The translations under genes were made by a program, and so were the position numbers. DNA of 63,599 bases, counting the filler, from Sphacelaria rigidula (taxonomy: Eukaryota): the NCBI GenBank assembly GCA_964200075.2. It is 8 parts of 8 records of this genome, joined end to end, with 100 filler letters (N's around TTAATTAATTAA, not from the genome) between each part and the next. Parts side by side here need not be neighbours in the genome. Positions count along the whole stretch, not along the records: positions 1 to 7,863 come from CAXNAA020013183.1; positions 7,964 to 15,826 come from CAXNAA020013184.1; 6 more parts are not named here. One strand, given 5' to 3'. Numbering within the stretch: the stretch's first letter is position 1; every line of letters starts with the position of its first letter. Shown here piece after piece: positions 1 to 12,728 of the stretch. The notes below the pieces were generated by a model. That model was not told where the DNA came from and did no database searches. It saw nothing but the letters and a program-made list of their open reading frames with translations.

Positions 1-1049
1 TCTCCCTTTTGGGCAATCAGGCCGAAGAAATCGTGGATTTGGTGATTCTTAGTCGTAATGGTTCGTCCTAACCGCGTAACATTGCCTTGTCAGACTTCCG
101 ATCGGCGCCGATTTCGACAAAAACGCGTCCTGCGCACGCTAGGAGCACTCAGGGCTGTCAGCTCTACCAGAGATCCGAACATCGGTGGTCACCTCAAAAT
201 CAATTATGTTTCAACCGTGGATCTGGGACTACGGAGTTCGTATGTGCCACCGCAGACGTGAGCTGCACCATCTACAGTTTTACTGTGACACGCACATTTG
301 CTTTTGGTGGATTTACCACTTCCTTGTTTTTTTGCCATGTCGTCGACGGCTCCACCATATCTGCGCGGACGGCGCAATAGACGATATACCTAGCACCGTG
401 TGCGCGCTTGTGAAACGTGTATGTGATATATATATACATAAATACATATGTGGCCTACAGTAGTCAACATTCTAATATGGTACTCCCCTGATGGGGATTT
501 GTTTTTTGCACTTCATCACCTTTACTCGGAAGTTCTAGGGTCGGTCGGCGGTGAGAAAAGAGGCAGGGATGTCGTGTCCAAGACACATTTCCCAACTTGA
601 TGTTGTCCGACCAACACGGAGTAAATCGCCGTTTTTCGAGGGGAAGGTGACTGACCGTGTATAATCCACAGCACGGTTCTTCGGATGTAGCGCAATAAAT
701 ACGAGAATGAATAAAACAGAGCCATAAAGTTGTTTATCACAAATATCCAGATCATTTCGGTCGAGCGACAATCGATTGGATATAATTGGGTGTTTGGAGT
801 TTGATTGTGGTGGATGGGATAGGACGGGATCGGGTTTTGGATGCTTTGGAGGGTTTCTGTCAAGGGGAAAACAGTTCAATCAGCGTAAATCGCGAGCTGT
901 GCACTCGTAGGACCTCGATGGACCGGTAAGTTGAAAAAAGAAATGTGGCGGGTACTCATGCCTCTTGATCCTCAAAGTTTGGGGGTAAGTAGAAACTGTG
1001 ATTAGTCGTGGTAGAACCAAAAACTGAAGAAAAAAAAACCGATACATTC

Positions 1050-1429
1050 GAAAACACGTAACTTTGAGTCATTTAACGTTACCTAAGATTTGATTTTTTG
1101 GATGGGACATACGTAACGTAACGTGATGTGACGTGTGGTCCTTCGCATGAACCCTGACATTGCGTTTTACTTTCCAAATGTGACGAAAACTCTGCTTGTT
1201 TTCGTGAATATGTAACGTGTCACGTGTCACGTTAAAAAATCATAAAAACAGCCTTTTTTCACATCTGGAAAACACCAAGAGACTGGTTCAAGGTCCACAT
1301 GTTACATCACGTTACGTTGCATTTGTCCCGTCCAAAAAATCAAACATTACGTAGCGTTTAATGCCCCAAAGTTACGTTTTTTTCCCCTTTTTTTTCAAAT
1401 GTGTCACGTGTGTCACGTATCCCTCCCTG
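1050..1429. mobile_element. hAT-like MITE, degraded copy of the family at 57095-57511
   Basis: About 100-bp imperfect inverted arms (aaaacacgtaacttt...gtgacgtgtggtcc / ggtccacatgttacatcacg...aaagttacgtttt). The central sequence matches 57140-57470 and the right end is ...CCCTG. Confidence 0.7.
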
Positions 1430-2669
1430 ATTTTTTTTCTCGTGCGTCAACACCGACGCTATAGAATGTGCAGCATTCGCCATCAAAAGCCAGCATCGCT
1501 TGCAGCAAAGCGGGGACCGGTCCACCACAACGCGCATGACTCCGCAGCACGAGAAGCACCCTCAGTCCCATGCACCAAATAAATATGCCCATGGCCTAAA
1601 CCAAAATGGCTGTTTGCATGGCTGATGGGTGCGAGTGTGAAAGTAAAAAAACGCAGCCCTTCGCGGATCATGACCATTTACGGGCGAAAAAAAGTCTCAA
1701 CGTGAACAACCGACGGGGGTTGGGGTGCGCGCCAAGCTCGGAGAGCGGCGTTTTCATTGACATGGTCAGCTTTACTGTCGAAGTACAGTACAGTACATTA
1801 CGGTACGGTACGAAGTAGGATTTTGCAATACTGCAAGTCCGTTGCATACGCCGTGACCCGGGTCACACAACGTGACGCACGGTACTCGGGGAACTGAAGA
1901 CTTCAAAACCAACGATTTGCGGCGTTGGGACTTGAAGACAATTGGGGCGCACTTCACCGGGCCGCGTGCTGTGTTTGGACGAAACTGGCCCGACCACGAT
2001 GACGCGATACTATTGTAAACCCCTGGCGTGTTCATCGTTGCAATTGGTCTTTTCTATTTCTATCTCACTTTCTTTCTTCAACTCTTGGGAGCAAGGAGGC
2101 GTTTGGGCCGATGATGGGAGCGGAGAGGTCCAGAAATATCAACTCCTCCATTGCAACATCGATCCCAACATCGACTCTCAACAGGCCATTGGAAACATAT
2201 ACTGCTACATGAAAAGGAAGCGATTGCTTCGATCGTATAATGGGCATAAGTCACGGCTCGGATAATGACTCTTTCACGCAGAGAGCATCTACTCAGCCAC
2301 AGCGACGGTGGAACTGTCGTCGAAGGTCAGACGATATATATATATTGTTCCAAAAGGAGGTCAGGTGCGCATGGCTTTCTCTCACCTTCCTGGGTGGGTG
2401 AGTCAATGCAAGGGCTGAAAATAAATAAAGTGAACAGGTAACATGTCCTACATCACGCGTGATTCAAACAGCTACATATACTGTTTTATGAGGCGACACA
2501 ACGGATTCGTGCGATGCGGATTCAAGTTGCAAGGGACACAGAGCCCAGACAAGGTTTGGACGTCCGTATGTGTGGGATGCATCATCAGGTTCATCAGAGT
2601 GATCCAAGACTTTTGATGGCGATATGTATAATACAAGATTGTGAGCATGCTCTACATGCGGATAGAATA

Positions 2670-2970
2670 CAGTAGTAGGCGGTCTAACTATTTAGCGGGG
2701 TTTTGGGGTTCTCGTCGCGTACAACTCTTCGATAGAACTGGAAATTGCTGGCGTCGGTAGATTTTGGTAAGAAAACAGATCATCCTCAAAACACAGTGCC
2801 CAGGTCAGTGTTAGTTGGTGTTATCGGGCGAAACGAGTAAATATTCCGTTCATCAGGAGGGTGTTATTGACCGTGAAACGCAGTTTTTCGGCTCTAGTGC
2901 AATGAGTAGGCGGAATTTCGAAAAATAAAACTGCACATTTTTTTAGAAATATGATCGGGACAGGCTCGAA
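2670..2970 (+). mobile_element. Truncated Tc1/mariner-like MITE (family of 44801-45445)
   Basis: Starts TA|CAGTAGTAGGCGGTCTAACT and is colinear with 44801-45195. Confidence 0.7.
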
Positions 2971-4635
2971 TACTCTAGCCAGATATGGGCTAAGCACTCT
3001 CAGCAATAACTGGGCATAGAGTATCACTTGGGTATGACCTCAGTACTGCACCCCAAATTTGGGTAATTCGGGTACGAGTTCAACACTTGACCCAGATGTT
3101 GGGGAAGGCCGTGTCTAAGCACACATCCTTCTTCGAATTCGTTCATTTCTCGCGAGTTGGATCCAAACGAATGTGCAAGCTTTTCGATCCAAAAATAGAG
3201 AGAAATTTGTGGAGCGACACTTGTTCGCTTGTCCATGGTACAGTGCTGTACTGTCCGCGCTGTAATCATGCAGTGTGCCTGTGTGTGTGAGTGTGTGTGT
3301 GTGCGTGTTACGTACAGTAAGATCTGAAAGAGACGCGGGCGAAGTGCGGTACAGACAGCGCAGGACTATTTGTACTCTCTGCTTACAGTACAACGTAAAA
3401 ACAACTTGAAAAGCGTGCAGCTTTGACCTGCCTGCACTGTCCATGGATGTACGCAACTCGGTCGCCAACCTTATCACGCAGTTCCGTCGCCGATCCCCAC
3501 CATGAGAAAGATGGTCAAGTTTTCGCCAACAAAAAATAAACACACCATACCCAACTACTGCAGTGTATCTATCCCTGTGCCCAACTCGTGCTCTATGCTG
3601 CAGGGTTGCTGTGGTAGCTGAGAATGAGTTGTGTGGGATTTGCAGGTTTTGTGAATGGGTGGTACCTGGCGCAGTGGTCTGCAAGATAGATAGAAGTCGA
3701 GCGCCCATTCGTACCTTTCCTCCGCATGTTCTCGATCGAAGAAGCCAAGGGCAGGTCGGGTAGGGTAGATTGAGTACGCCCCCAAATACTCTTCCCAAAT
3801 ATTAGGTAAGTACCCTCAACGATAGGAGTATAGAGTATCGCTTGCGTATGACCTCAACACTCTACAAGCATTAGACCTTTCCACGGTAGGCTCCTTTCTT
3901 GTTTTTGGGTCTCTAGAACAATACAAGTATATTTTTAAACTAGACTTTTATTGATTATCTCTTATTTCTTATTTCCTTTGTGACCTCTCAAAGTTTTCTT
4001 CGGCCACAACTGTTTTTTTCACCCACCCACTAACCGCGAGCATAGATCAAAATTTTGAAGCAGCACCGTTATTATCTTCAGAAATGACTGCGTAGCCAGA
4101 TGACCTACCCTCGCGGTCAAAGGGCCAACCGGCATATTCGGCAGTGATCCGATCACAACGGCCAATCTCGGCAGATCTTTCCGGAAATATAAGTCCGGGT
4201 CTATCCGCTCTCGGCGCCGATGAACTCGTCGGCGTTTTCGGGGTATCTACCTAAACGGATTTCCGTCTACCCAAGACTGCTGTGTGTGCATGAGCCACAG
4301 GGCCAGCGCTGGAGCAAATGCGTGTGAGTGGTGGGGTTCAGCGGGTGATTTTCAGGGCTCGATGTGTGGGTGTTGTGGTTCCTTACTGCATATTTTTCTG
4401 TCAGCAGTACGTGGATGTCGGACCAGCGACCACTGCTAGAACCGCCTCATCACTGAACATGTTTCTGCAAAATGTAAAATGTTCTCGATGGTACTCGAAC
4501 TGGTCGTCGTGGATACAATCTGCTGTTCTAACTATGATTCCGAGGGAAACGACCAATCTGTTTCAACAAGAACTCGCCTAACCGCGGGATCTACGGTTGT
4601 CACATCGAGGGGTTTCTCCACCGTTATCCGCACTA

Positions 4636-5544
4636 CAGTAGTCAAGCGTCGGAAGTATGCAGAATTCGTAATTTCCTAGTTTTTCGAAGATTTTCCAAAT
4701 TTGTTGCGCTTGCCACCGCTCATCACAGTGACTGTTGAATGCCAAAAAATGGGCATCTGGAGGCATTTTGAAAATATTTTCATCCTGTTGACAAATCTTG
4801 AAAAAAAAATACATCACGATCAATATTGAGTGATTTACGGGCTTGACAGCTTCGAAGGTCCTGCAAAAGTGCAATCCCAGGTTCTAGCTTTTCGGTATGT
4901 TCGGAGGACCAAGTCGATGCCGATCATTTGAGTGGAGACTCAAAAAGTTTTTTTTTTGTTCTACCCATTCACTGCGCTAAAGCCGGAGAACTATGTTTCT
5001 TGGACCGTTCACGGTCAATAACACCCTCCTGATAAACGGGGTCTTTACTCCGTATCGCCACCACAACACCAACTTGGGCATTGTAATTTGAGCACGGTCT
5101 GCTTATTTTGCCGAAACTATCGACGCTAGCATTCTCCAGTGCTTATGGAAAATGATACGCGAAAACCCCCCGAGAAGAGGCCATCCGCAGAAAATGCTTG
5201 ACTGAGGTCTGTGCAGTATAGGAGGGAAACACGATCTCGATCGTTTTTGTCAAGAATTGTATACGTATTCATTTATCTGAATATTTACCATCGCGTTGCG
5301 GAAGAGCAGGAAACCTGTTGTTATTGAACCAAAAACGGTCAATAACACCTTCCTGATAAACGGGGTATCTAGTCCGTATCGCCCCAAAAGCACCAACTTG
5401 GGCACTGCAGTTTGAGCGAGGCCTATGTTTTCCCCTAAATCTACCGGCGCTAGCACTTCCAAGCCGTAATGAAGAATAATACTCGAGAAAAACTCAAGAA
5501 CCGCAACAACTACGAATTCTGAAAACTTCTGATGCTGACCACTA
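4636..5544. mobile_element. Tc1/mariner-like non-autonomous element, inverted homolog of 40352-41180
   Basis: Ends are TA|CAGTAGTCA... and ...TGATGCTGACCACTA|TA. The internal subunit (acggtcaataacacc.tcctgataaacgggg) is duplicated, and the element shows reverse-complement similarity to 40352-41180. Confidence 0.7.
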
Positions 5545-5590
5545 TACTGCCATGTCTCCGGTCGGAGGGCTATTCCGTGAGGGTACGTAC

Positions 5591-6732
5591 CGCATAAGAT
5601 CCACCATGCCGTCAGCGGTCGTCTTCGCCGCCACTCTCGAGCTTTCCTTTTCCGCCGCTGCCGCCACTCGGTTATCACCCCAGTTCCTCTCCCCCCCTGC
5701 CCCCTCTGTACCGTAACCAATCCCGGCGCCGCCGGATTGTTGCTGCTGCTGCTGCTGAAGTTCTGAACGTGTGCGTGGTGATTGGCGATTTCGAACCGTT
5801 GGCGGCGTGTCCGAGGCTGCACTGTTGTGATAGTGGTGCTGATTTTGACGGTGGCGATTGTCAACATTCGGTGGGGGAGGTTCGTTAATCAGCCTCCCCC
5901 TGCTGTCGTTGTTGTTGTAATTGTTACCGTTCTCGTTGTTGTTGGGATGTGGCATCAGACCACCGCCTACGCCGTCAGCGCCGTTTCCGCTGTGTTCTGC
6001 CGCTGCGACGACATCGGACATATCGGTTGTGCTCGTCATCATTGGGTCGTGATTGTGTGGAGCAAACTGACCATCATATTGTTGTTGGCGATGTGCTTGC
6101 GGCGGTGACGGTGGGGTATGTTGACGGGAGGGGCGACGTTGCTGCTGCTGCTGATGCTGCTGACTTCGGATTGCACTACTGCCGCCGCGCCGACCCACTC
6201 CTTTGCCCGCACTACCGACACCACCACCAGCTATAAACCCACCGCTACCGCCGAAACTAGGTCCCTCTTGAAAAGGTTGTCCATGACCTTGCTGTCGATG
6301 CTGCTTGAGAAAAGAGCCGTTACGGCTGTTGTCCTGTCGCCACCGCTGCTGATTTGGTGGCTGTGGGCACTGCGCTCCTTCCATAGCATCGTTGTTGCTG
6401 GCGTGACTTCCGTGAACTCCGTTGCCACCACTGCCCGCGCTACTGCTACAACTACCATCACCAGCACTAGTAGCATCGCCATCAGCACATCCACCAGGAC
6501 CGTGTGAACCGTTAGACTTCGAAGGTGGCGATAGAGCCAAACCTAACCGTTTCAGCAACGCCAACAGAGCTGCCTCATCACAAGCACCTCGTTTTTGCCG
6601 GTGCTTCCCCCGTGCTTCCGCGGCGGCAGGGGGGATATCATCATCATCATCATCATCGTTAGTGTCATCATCGTTGCCCCTTTGTTGTCGTGGGGGTAAA
6701 GACCCAGCCTTGGGCGGCCCCGATATGCTCAT
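5591..6732 (-). CDS. Probable exon of an unknown low-complexity (G/Q/N/D-rich) protein
   Basis: About 380 open codons from ATG 6732 (MSISGPPKAG...) with poly-D, poly-Q and poly-N tracts. A donor CG|GTACGT lies at 5590. The ORF-track stop at 5542 falls in a MITE terminus and is therefore probably intronic. Downstream exons were not identified. Confidence 0.6.
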
Positions 6733-7056
6733 GGTCGCGACGCTTAAGTCGCGCACAAATGAGGCGGAGGGCGGGGCGTAGGGGCAAGGAGGGCAGGCGG
6801 GGATGGTGATAAAGATTGAGACGTGAACACCACCAAGCTCGTCAGTGGCTGGGCAAGGGTTGATCAGATAAAACAAAAAGTAATGCGCGTCACAGGGAGG
6901 AAGGTTGGGTCACGTTTTCTTGTGTTACTTTTAGTTGTGTTCTGTCCCGATTTCGGAAGAAGCTAAGGACGCTTCAAACACATGAACATACATACCTGGA
7001 TACATTTCTAATGCGTCTCGGTTAACTGATTTTCGACGAGAAATCGGCGGTGAATT

Positions 7057-7420
7057 TGTTGCTCTCATCTCCCGTAGGAACTGATTCAGGTCCTTCGTAC
7101 TCAATCTCGGATGGCGACTCCTGTCTCCCGGCTCCGTACTCTTGCCCTACCCCTAGTCGCCTACCTCGTGGGGTCAGAGTCGGCTTAGCCCCCATGGAGT
7201 GCAGCCACCCTTCGGTGCAGCCACCTTCCTTGCACAAGCATGTTTTGCTCACATATTTCAAGTACGTATCGGCACAACGTGTGCCATCGAAACGTTCCAA
7301 TTTTCACCACCAACGCGGGGCGGCGGGAAAAAATAGACGTGTCTCCAGTGTATCTACTCGGGCAGTCATCGTCCATGCATTCTCGCACACCATTTCTGTC
7401 AACATCCCCCCTGAACCGGG
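7057..7420 (-). mobile_element. 3' LTR plus polypurine tract of a minus-strand Copia-like element
   Basis: TGTTG...CAACA ends at 7057-7404. On the minus strand it is preceded by CCGGTTCAGGGGGGA, closely matching the PPT at 12461-12476. Confidence 0.65.
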
Positions 7421-7704
7421 CTCTCCGAAGACATCAGACCAGTGCTGATAGAGGAATGGGTTGGAATTTCAGTGATACGGACCTCATCACATGTAGCCAA
7501 CACAAGAGAAACATCTGCCAACGCGTTACATGCACAGGCCCCGGACACACCCCTCTTCTTAGTGCATACCCGAAAACACGGTGAATATATATATATAAGG
7601 TTTCCCCAGGCACCGTAGGTAAGGTACCGTACCGAGCATACCCTCGGTATTTACCGGAGTATCCCATACCGTGGTATGCGTAGGTATCGTAGGCATGTCA
7701 TTTG

Positions 7705-7863
7705 AAAATACCGGATTGGGCGGGTACGGTAGGTATTGAAATCTCGAAATACCGTGGTTATCATAGGTATCGTAGGTATGATATTTGAAAATACCGGATT
7801 GGGCGGGTACGGTAGGTATTGAAATCTCGAAATACCCTGGTATCGTAGGTACGGTAGGTATGG
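7705..7863. repeat. ~80-bp tandem repeat with GGTA subrepeats
   Basis: Two copies of gaaaataccggattgggcgggtacggtaggtattgaaatctcgaaatacc..., running into the gap. Confidence 0.7.
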
Positions 7864-7963
7864 NNNNNNNNNNNNNNNNNNNNNNNNNNNNNNNNNNNNN
7901 NNNNNNNTTAATTAATTAANNNNNNNNNNNNNNNNNNNNNNNNNNNNNNNNNNNNNNNNNNNN
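7864..7963. other. Artificial gap/linker (also at ~15827, 23790, 31753, 39715, 47677, 55638)
   Basis: 100-nt N-blocks containing TTAATTAATTAA, spaced ~7962 bp apart. Confidence 0.97.
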
Positions 7964-8035
7964 AGTTGCTTTATTCTGTGGTATCGCCACTTCCAGAGAC
8001 AGCCATGGCTTTTAGACTGCCTCATGGGTGTCTAA

Positions 8036-11000
8036 CCGTCTGTTCGGTGGCGGATGAGGAGGCTTTCACCTCTCTCGACACCACCATCAACGGCGACACA
8101 AGCGAGTATGCATTGAGTGTTGAGCGGGGGGGTGATAGCCAGCAGGGTTAGGGCGAACCGTGGGTATTTGACACGGGGGCTACCCAACATTTTCCCCACG
8201 ATTTCCATGGGATGACGGAGTACAGAGAGTGCAAAGGTAGGGTACTACGGTGCGCGGGAGGTAGTACTTACATGATCGTAGGCAGAGGAAAGTTGTCTCT
8301 TGCCTTCACATCTGACGGACAGGGTGTGATCCCAAAACTAGTGGATGTTGACCATGTACCTGGTGTCCGTCACCACCTCTTGTCACTCACGAGCGTCCAA
8401 CACATGGGACACATCCACATTGGATTTCGTACAGGTTTCAGGGTAGATCTCAATTCAGGAAATGCACTGATAATAACCGGACAACCACGTCAACTCAGAA
8501 TGTACGCCCGCCGCCTCGATCAAAGTGGTAGTGACAAGTGTGCTTCGGCATATGCTGTTATTGCCTCGGGGGCTTCGCCTAGCCCCCAGACCGCTGATAT
8601 CAACGATTTTCACTGTTCCCACGCCCACGTCCACGAGGATTTACTGAGAAAGACGGCGAAGCAGCAGGGAAAGCAGCTGGCTGGGGAGCTGCAGTCCTGC
8701 CGCGGCTGCTCAGAGGCAAAGGGACTGCGGGTGCCGATTCCAAGATCGACGCACACGAGAGCAGCTAAGTCAGCGTCTAGCGTGTTTGTAGATCTTTACG
8801 GGCCGAAACCAGTCGAGTCTTACGGGGGAAAGTCGTACACGATGATAGTACGAGATGATCACTCACGGTACACAAAGCTGTACTTCCTCCGTAAGAAGGG
8901 TGAGGCAGAGAGATACTTCGCACAATGTATTGAATGGGTCTCTCCGAGAAAAATTGAGATGGTCCGTAGCGATGACGGGGGTGAATTTTCGAAGAGGTTA
9001 TTTGGTGAACTATGCGACAGGGAAAAGATCAACCAGGTAAGGACAACTGCCGACTCACCCCAGTTCAACGGTGTTGCAGAGCGAGCGTTAGGTATCATCG
9101 AAACAGCAGGCCTTGCGGCCAGAATCCAGGTATCTGAGCTGTAACCAGATGAGCGCATCCCAAATGGTAATAGCCTGTGGGCTGAACAGGCAAACTGGGC
9201 GTGTCACGCCCTGAACTGTACCGCTACCTCAGCTAACCCGCACCACAAGTCACCGCATGAGATGTGGTATGGATCACCACCGGAAGGTGATCTCATTCTG
9301 TTCTTGAAGCCTGGTTTTTGTAGGGGGAAGCGGACAAATAAATTACAGCCGAAGGCCGAAAAATGCTGGTACTTGAGCCCAGCCCCACGCTACCCACGCG
9401 ACGCGATGCGAGTTCTGACTGTACGAGGAGCTATCTCCGTGATAAGACATGTAATATGGGCACGTACGTCCGCCGCCGTCCCCCGCACACTACAGCAAGC
9501 GATCCAGACGCCGGGCGAGCTGAAGGATTCCAGCATCGATCAAGGCCAGGGTGTGAGTGAAGACAGGACGGAAAGCTCGACAGTGGACACTTCGTCCAGC
9601 GGTTCCTCAAGCGCGCCGTCTTCCCCCCCGAGTTCCGTTGGTGGAAGGGGCGGAGCAGCACCGCAGATCCCCGTCAGTAGTGGAGGGGGCGAGGTGCCTT
9701 CACCGTCCCCGCGAGGGGGCGGGGAAGGCGGGGTGAGACCAGAGATCCCCGTTCCAGATTTGTTAACGGAGGGGGTGAGGCGGAGCCGGAATCATCATCA
9801 TCATTATCATCATCAACACCAACATCAGCGGCGACGCCGACACCAGCGGCGACGCCGACACCAGCGCAGACGCCGACACCTATGCCGACGCTCACATCGA
9901 CATCAGACGCTCCCTCGTCGCCCGCACTGTCACCCTCTCCCACGGATCCTTCGCAAGATGGCGGGGGGGGCGGCGACGCTCCTCAACTCCCAAGGACCGA
10001 GCAACGCCGTCTTGCGTGGGCTGACCGCTTACCAACACCAAGGGCGGGGCGTACGAGGAGCCAAACGCGCGAGACCATGGGGTCGGCACACGCACGAGGT
10101 GAAACGCTGGTGGCTGGCGGAGCGGAGGAGAGCAAGAAGGAAGCGGAGATGGCGCTGGCGGGAATGGCGGAGGACAAATGCTCAACCATGGAGATGATCA
10201 CCGCGGCAGCAGGACATGTGGCTGGGCAAGACACAATCGCTTCGACTCAACACGAGTTAGCTGAAAACGAGTTTTTTTGTTTTGTCGCTGAGGAAAACAG
10301 GGTAGGGCAGCCTGAATTCGGTTTGCGTTCACCGGTTGGCCTACACGTAAGCAAAATAGAGGCAACACCAACCAGTATGGATGACATTGTCAAGTCAGAA
10401 TTTCGAGAGGCATGGTTAGGCGCGATGCAGGCCGAACTAGGCGGTCATAGAAGGGCTGGAACATTTTCGACTGGCCCTGTACCGGAAGGAGTAAATGTGA
10501 TTTCAGCGAAGTGGGTTTTTAGTTGGAAGACTGACGCAGATGGTACTGTAACGAAGGCAAAGGCAAGGTTGGTGGCACGAGGATTTGGACAACGTTTTGC
10601 AGTCGACTATTTCGAGACTTTCGCGGCAACGCCCTCCATGGCCTCCATCAAACTGGTCATGGCAGTGGCAGTTCAGGAAGAGTGGCCGCTGTATCATTTT
10701 GACGTGACACAGGCTTTTGTTCAGGCAGAAATAGATACCGACGTGTACATGAGGTTGCCTGAAGGTTGCTCTGTTTTGACAGACATGACCGTGAAGCTGG
10801 AAAAATCTATTTACGGGATCAAGCAAGCGGGCAGGCAGTGGTCTCGTCTTCTGTGCCAAAATTTGCTGGAGGATGTCGGGATGGTGCAGTGTGAGGCTGA
10901 CCCAGGTGTTTTTAAGATGGAGGATGCAAGAGACGTGCGTGTGATTTTAGTTGTCCATGTGGACGACATCCTTATCAGTGGTTCTGAGGAATACGTCGGA

Positions 11001-12476
11001 AAGGTGGGCAAATTCCTCAACGGAAAATTCCCACGAACAATCTCGGAGAAGTCACCTGGTACATGGGGTGCGCAGTGGAAAGAGACTGGGATAGAGGTGC
11101 ACTGTCCGTGACGCAAACCACGTTCACGGACACGCTCCTGAAACGTTTTGAGGTGAGGGGGTACTCGGAAATCCCTGCCTCTGTTTCTGTTTACATTGGG
11201 GCCGACAACGGGCGAAGAAGAAAAGGTGAATCGCCCATATCGTAACGCAGTGGGGGGGTTGATGTGGCTGGCAACAGCCACCAGACCCGACATCGCGAAT
11301 TCGGTACGAGCGCTTGCTCGACAGTCGCATGATCCGTGCGAGAGGCACTGGGAAGCTGTGATAAAAAGCGCTCAAGTATCTCAATGAGACGGAGGAGTTT
11401 GGACTTACGCCCAAGAAAGGTCATGATAGACCCTCAGTCTACTGCGACGCAGACTACACTAAGAAGGAAACGGATAGGCGTTCGGTATCAGGGGTAGCCG
11501 TAATGTACGGTGGTGTGGTAGTGTCGGTCACGAGCCGCACGCAACACTGTGTGGCTCTGTCAACTACGGAGGCAGAATATGTTGCAATGGCCGAGGGGGC
11601 AAAGGAGGGACTGTTTGTAAAGGCAGTGTTGACGTTCCTGCGACCGCAGACTGTGTCGGGATGCGGGGAGGACCAAGGTATTGTTTTGTACGAGGACAAC
11701 GAGGGAGCAAAAGCTCTGGCCGAGAATCCTCTCAGTTCCGGAAGGAGTAAGCACGTAGACGTGAGATACCGCTTCATTCGAGAGCTGGTGGGGACGGGAA
11801 AGGTCACGGTTGTGCATGTAGGCTCAGGATGGCAGCATACTGATATTTTGACGAAGCCTCTCTCGATCAGCCTGTTTACGAGGCAAAGACGTTGTTTGAT
11901 GAACTTGACTAATGCCGAGATAGCCCCCCCCCCACAAAATGTGCACGGGAGACCGTCCGACAAACCGGCTGCGATCCCACTATTGGGCTCATTTGCAGCA
12001 ATGCCGCCCACATAAAAGGCTTGTAGCAGTCCATAAACAGCTATAACGCCCAAATAAGTCGCGTAGTGGAACCCGAAACCAGCTCTAACGGCATTTATGA
12101 TCATCGCCTCCGTGCACATTTTTGGCCGGTTTTGGGGGGGGGCTATCTCGGCAGCAGTCACTTGGAAGGTGACAAGTAGGTACGTTTTTTGTGTGTCCCA
12201 CGGTGCTAGTGCCGGGTATTTTTAGATGTTCAAGTGATGCTTTTATGCGCATTTTGGGTCAAGCCACCCACGCTACTTAGCGGGGCATGGGTTTTGTAGG
12301 GCGTTTCCTGACATGACGTGTATCTGCCTTGACCGGCGTAATGGATTATCTAGATGAAGCACAAGCTGTTGAGGGGAGGGGGTTTTGCCTGGATGGCCGG
12401 GTTTCCCCCTTAAAACTTTTTTTTTTGTGAGAGAGAGAAGAAGCCACGACGACGGATGAACCGGTTCAGAGGGGGG
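8036..12476 (+). mobile_element. Ty1/Copia LTR retrotransposon copy 1, degenerate pol (PR-IN-RT-RNaseH)
   Basis: Protease WVFDTGATQHF (8161). HHCC motif FHCSHAH...CRGC. Integrase DLYGP/RSDDGGEF/NGVAER. RT KARLVARGF and VHVDDIL. RNase H CDADY/YEDN/KHVDVRYRF/DILTK. Domains are in Copia order, with stops at 8149 and 9142 and several frameshifts. PPT at 12461-12476. Confidence 0.95.
11907..12159. mobile_element. 253-bp MITE with 4-bp TSD (ACTT) inserted at the end of Copia pol
   Basis: ACTT|GACTAATGCCGAGATAGCCCC...GGGGCTATCTCGGCAGCAGTC|ACTT. Removing it restores the pol end ...RRCLMNLEGDK*. Confidence 0.9.
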
Positions 12477-12728
12477 TGTTTATGTGAACAGGTACACTGA
12501 GGGAACATGTACATGTGCGGATAGATTAATTCTGACGCACGGGTACTGGTAGTCAAGTGTGTGTGACTACAGTACCGCGCTCAGGCTGGCTGATACGTCG
12601 CCACCTGAGCGCACTCTACATCTGATCCCTCTATCATAGGGTCGACTCAGTCAAGGCACTCTCCAATAATGAAAGATAAAACTATCTATCTTTCGCCATG
12701 GGCCACGGAATACACTAGTGTTAAAACC
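12477..12728 (+). repeat. LTR shared by the two tandem Copia copies
   Basis: Starts TGTTT directly after the PPT and ends ...GTTAAAAC before a copia-type PBS-like GGTTGGGCC. A homologous LTR segment lies at ~24195-24332. The right boundary is approximate. Confidence 0.75.
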
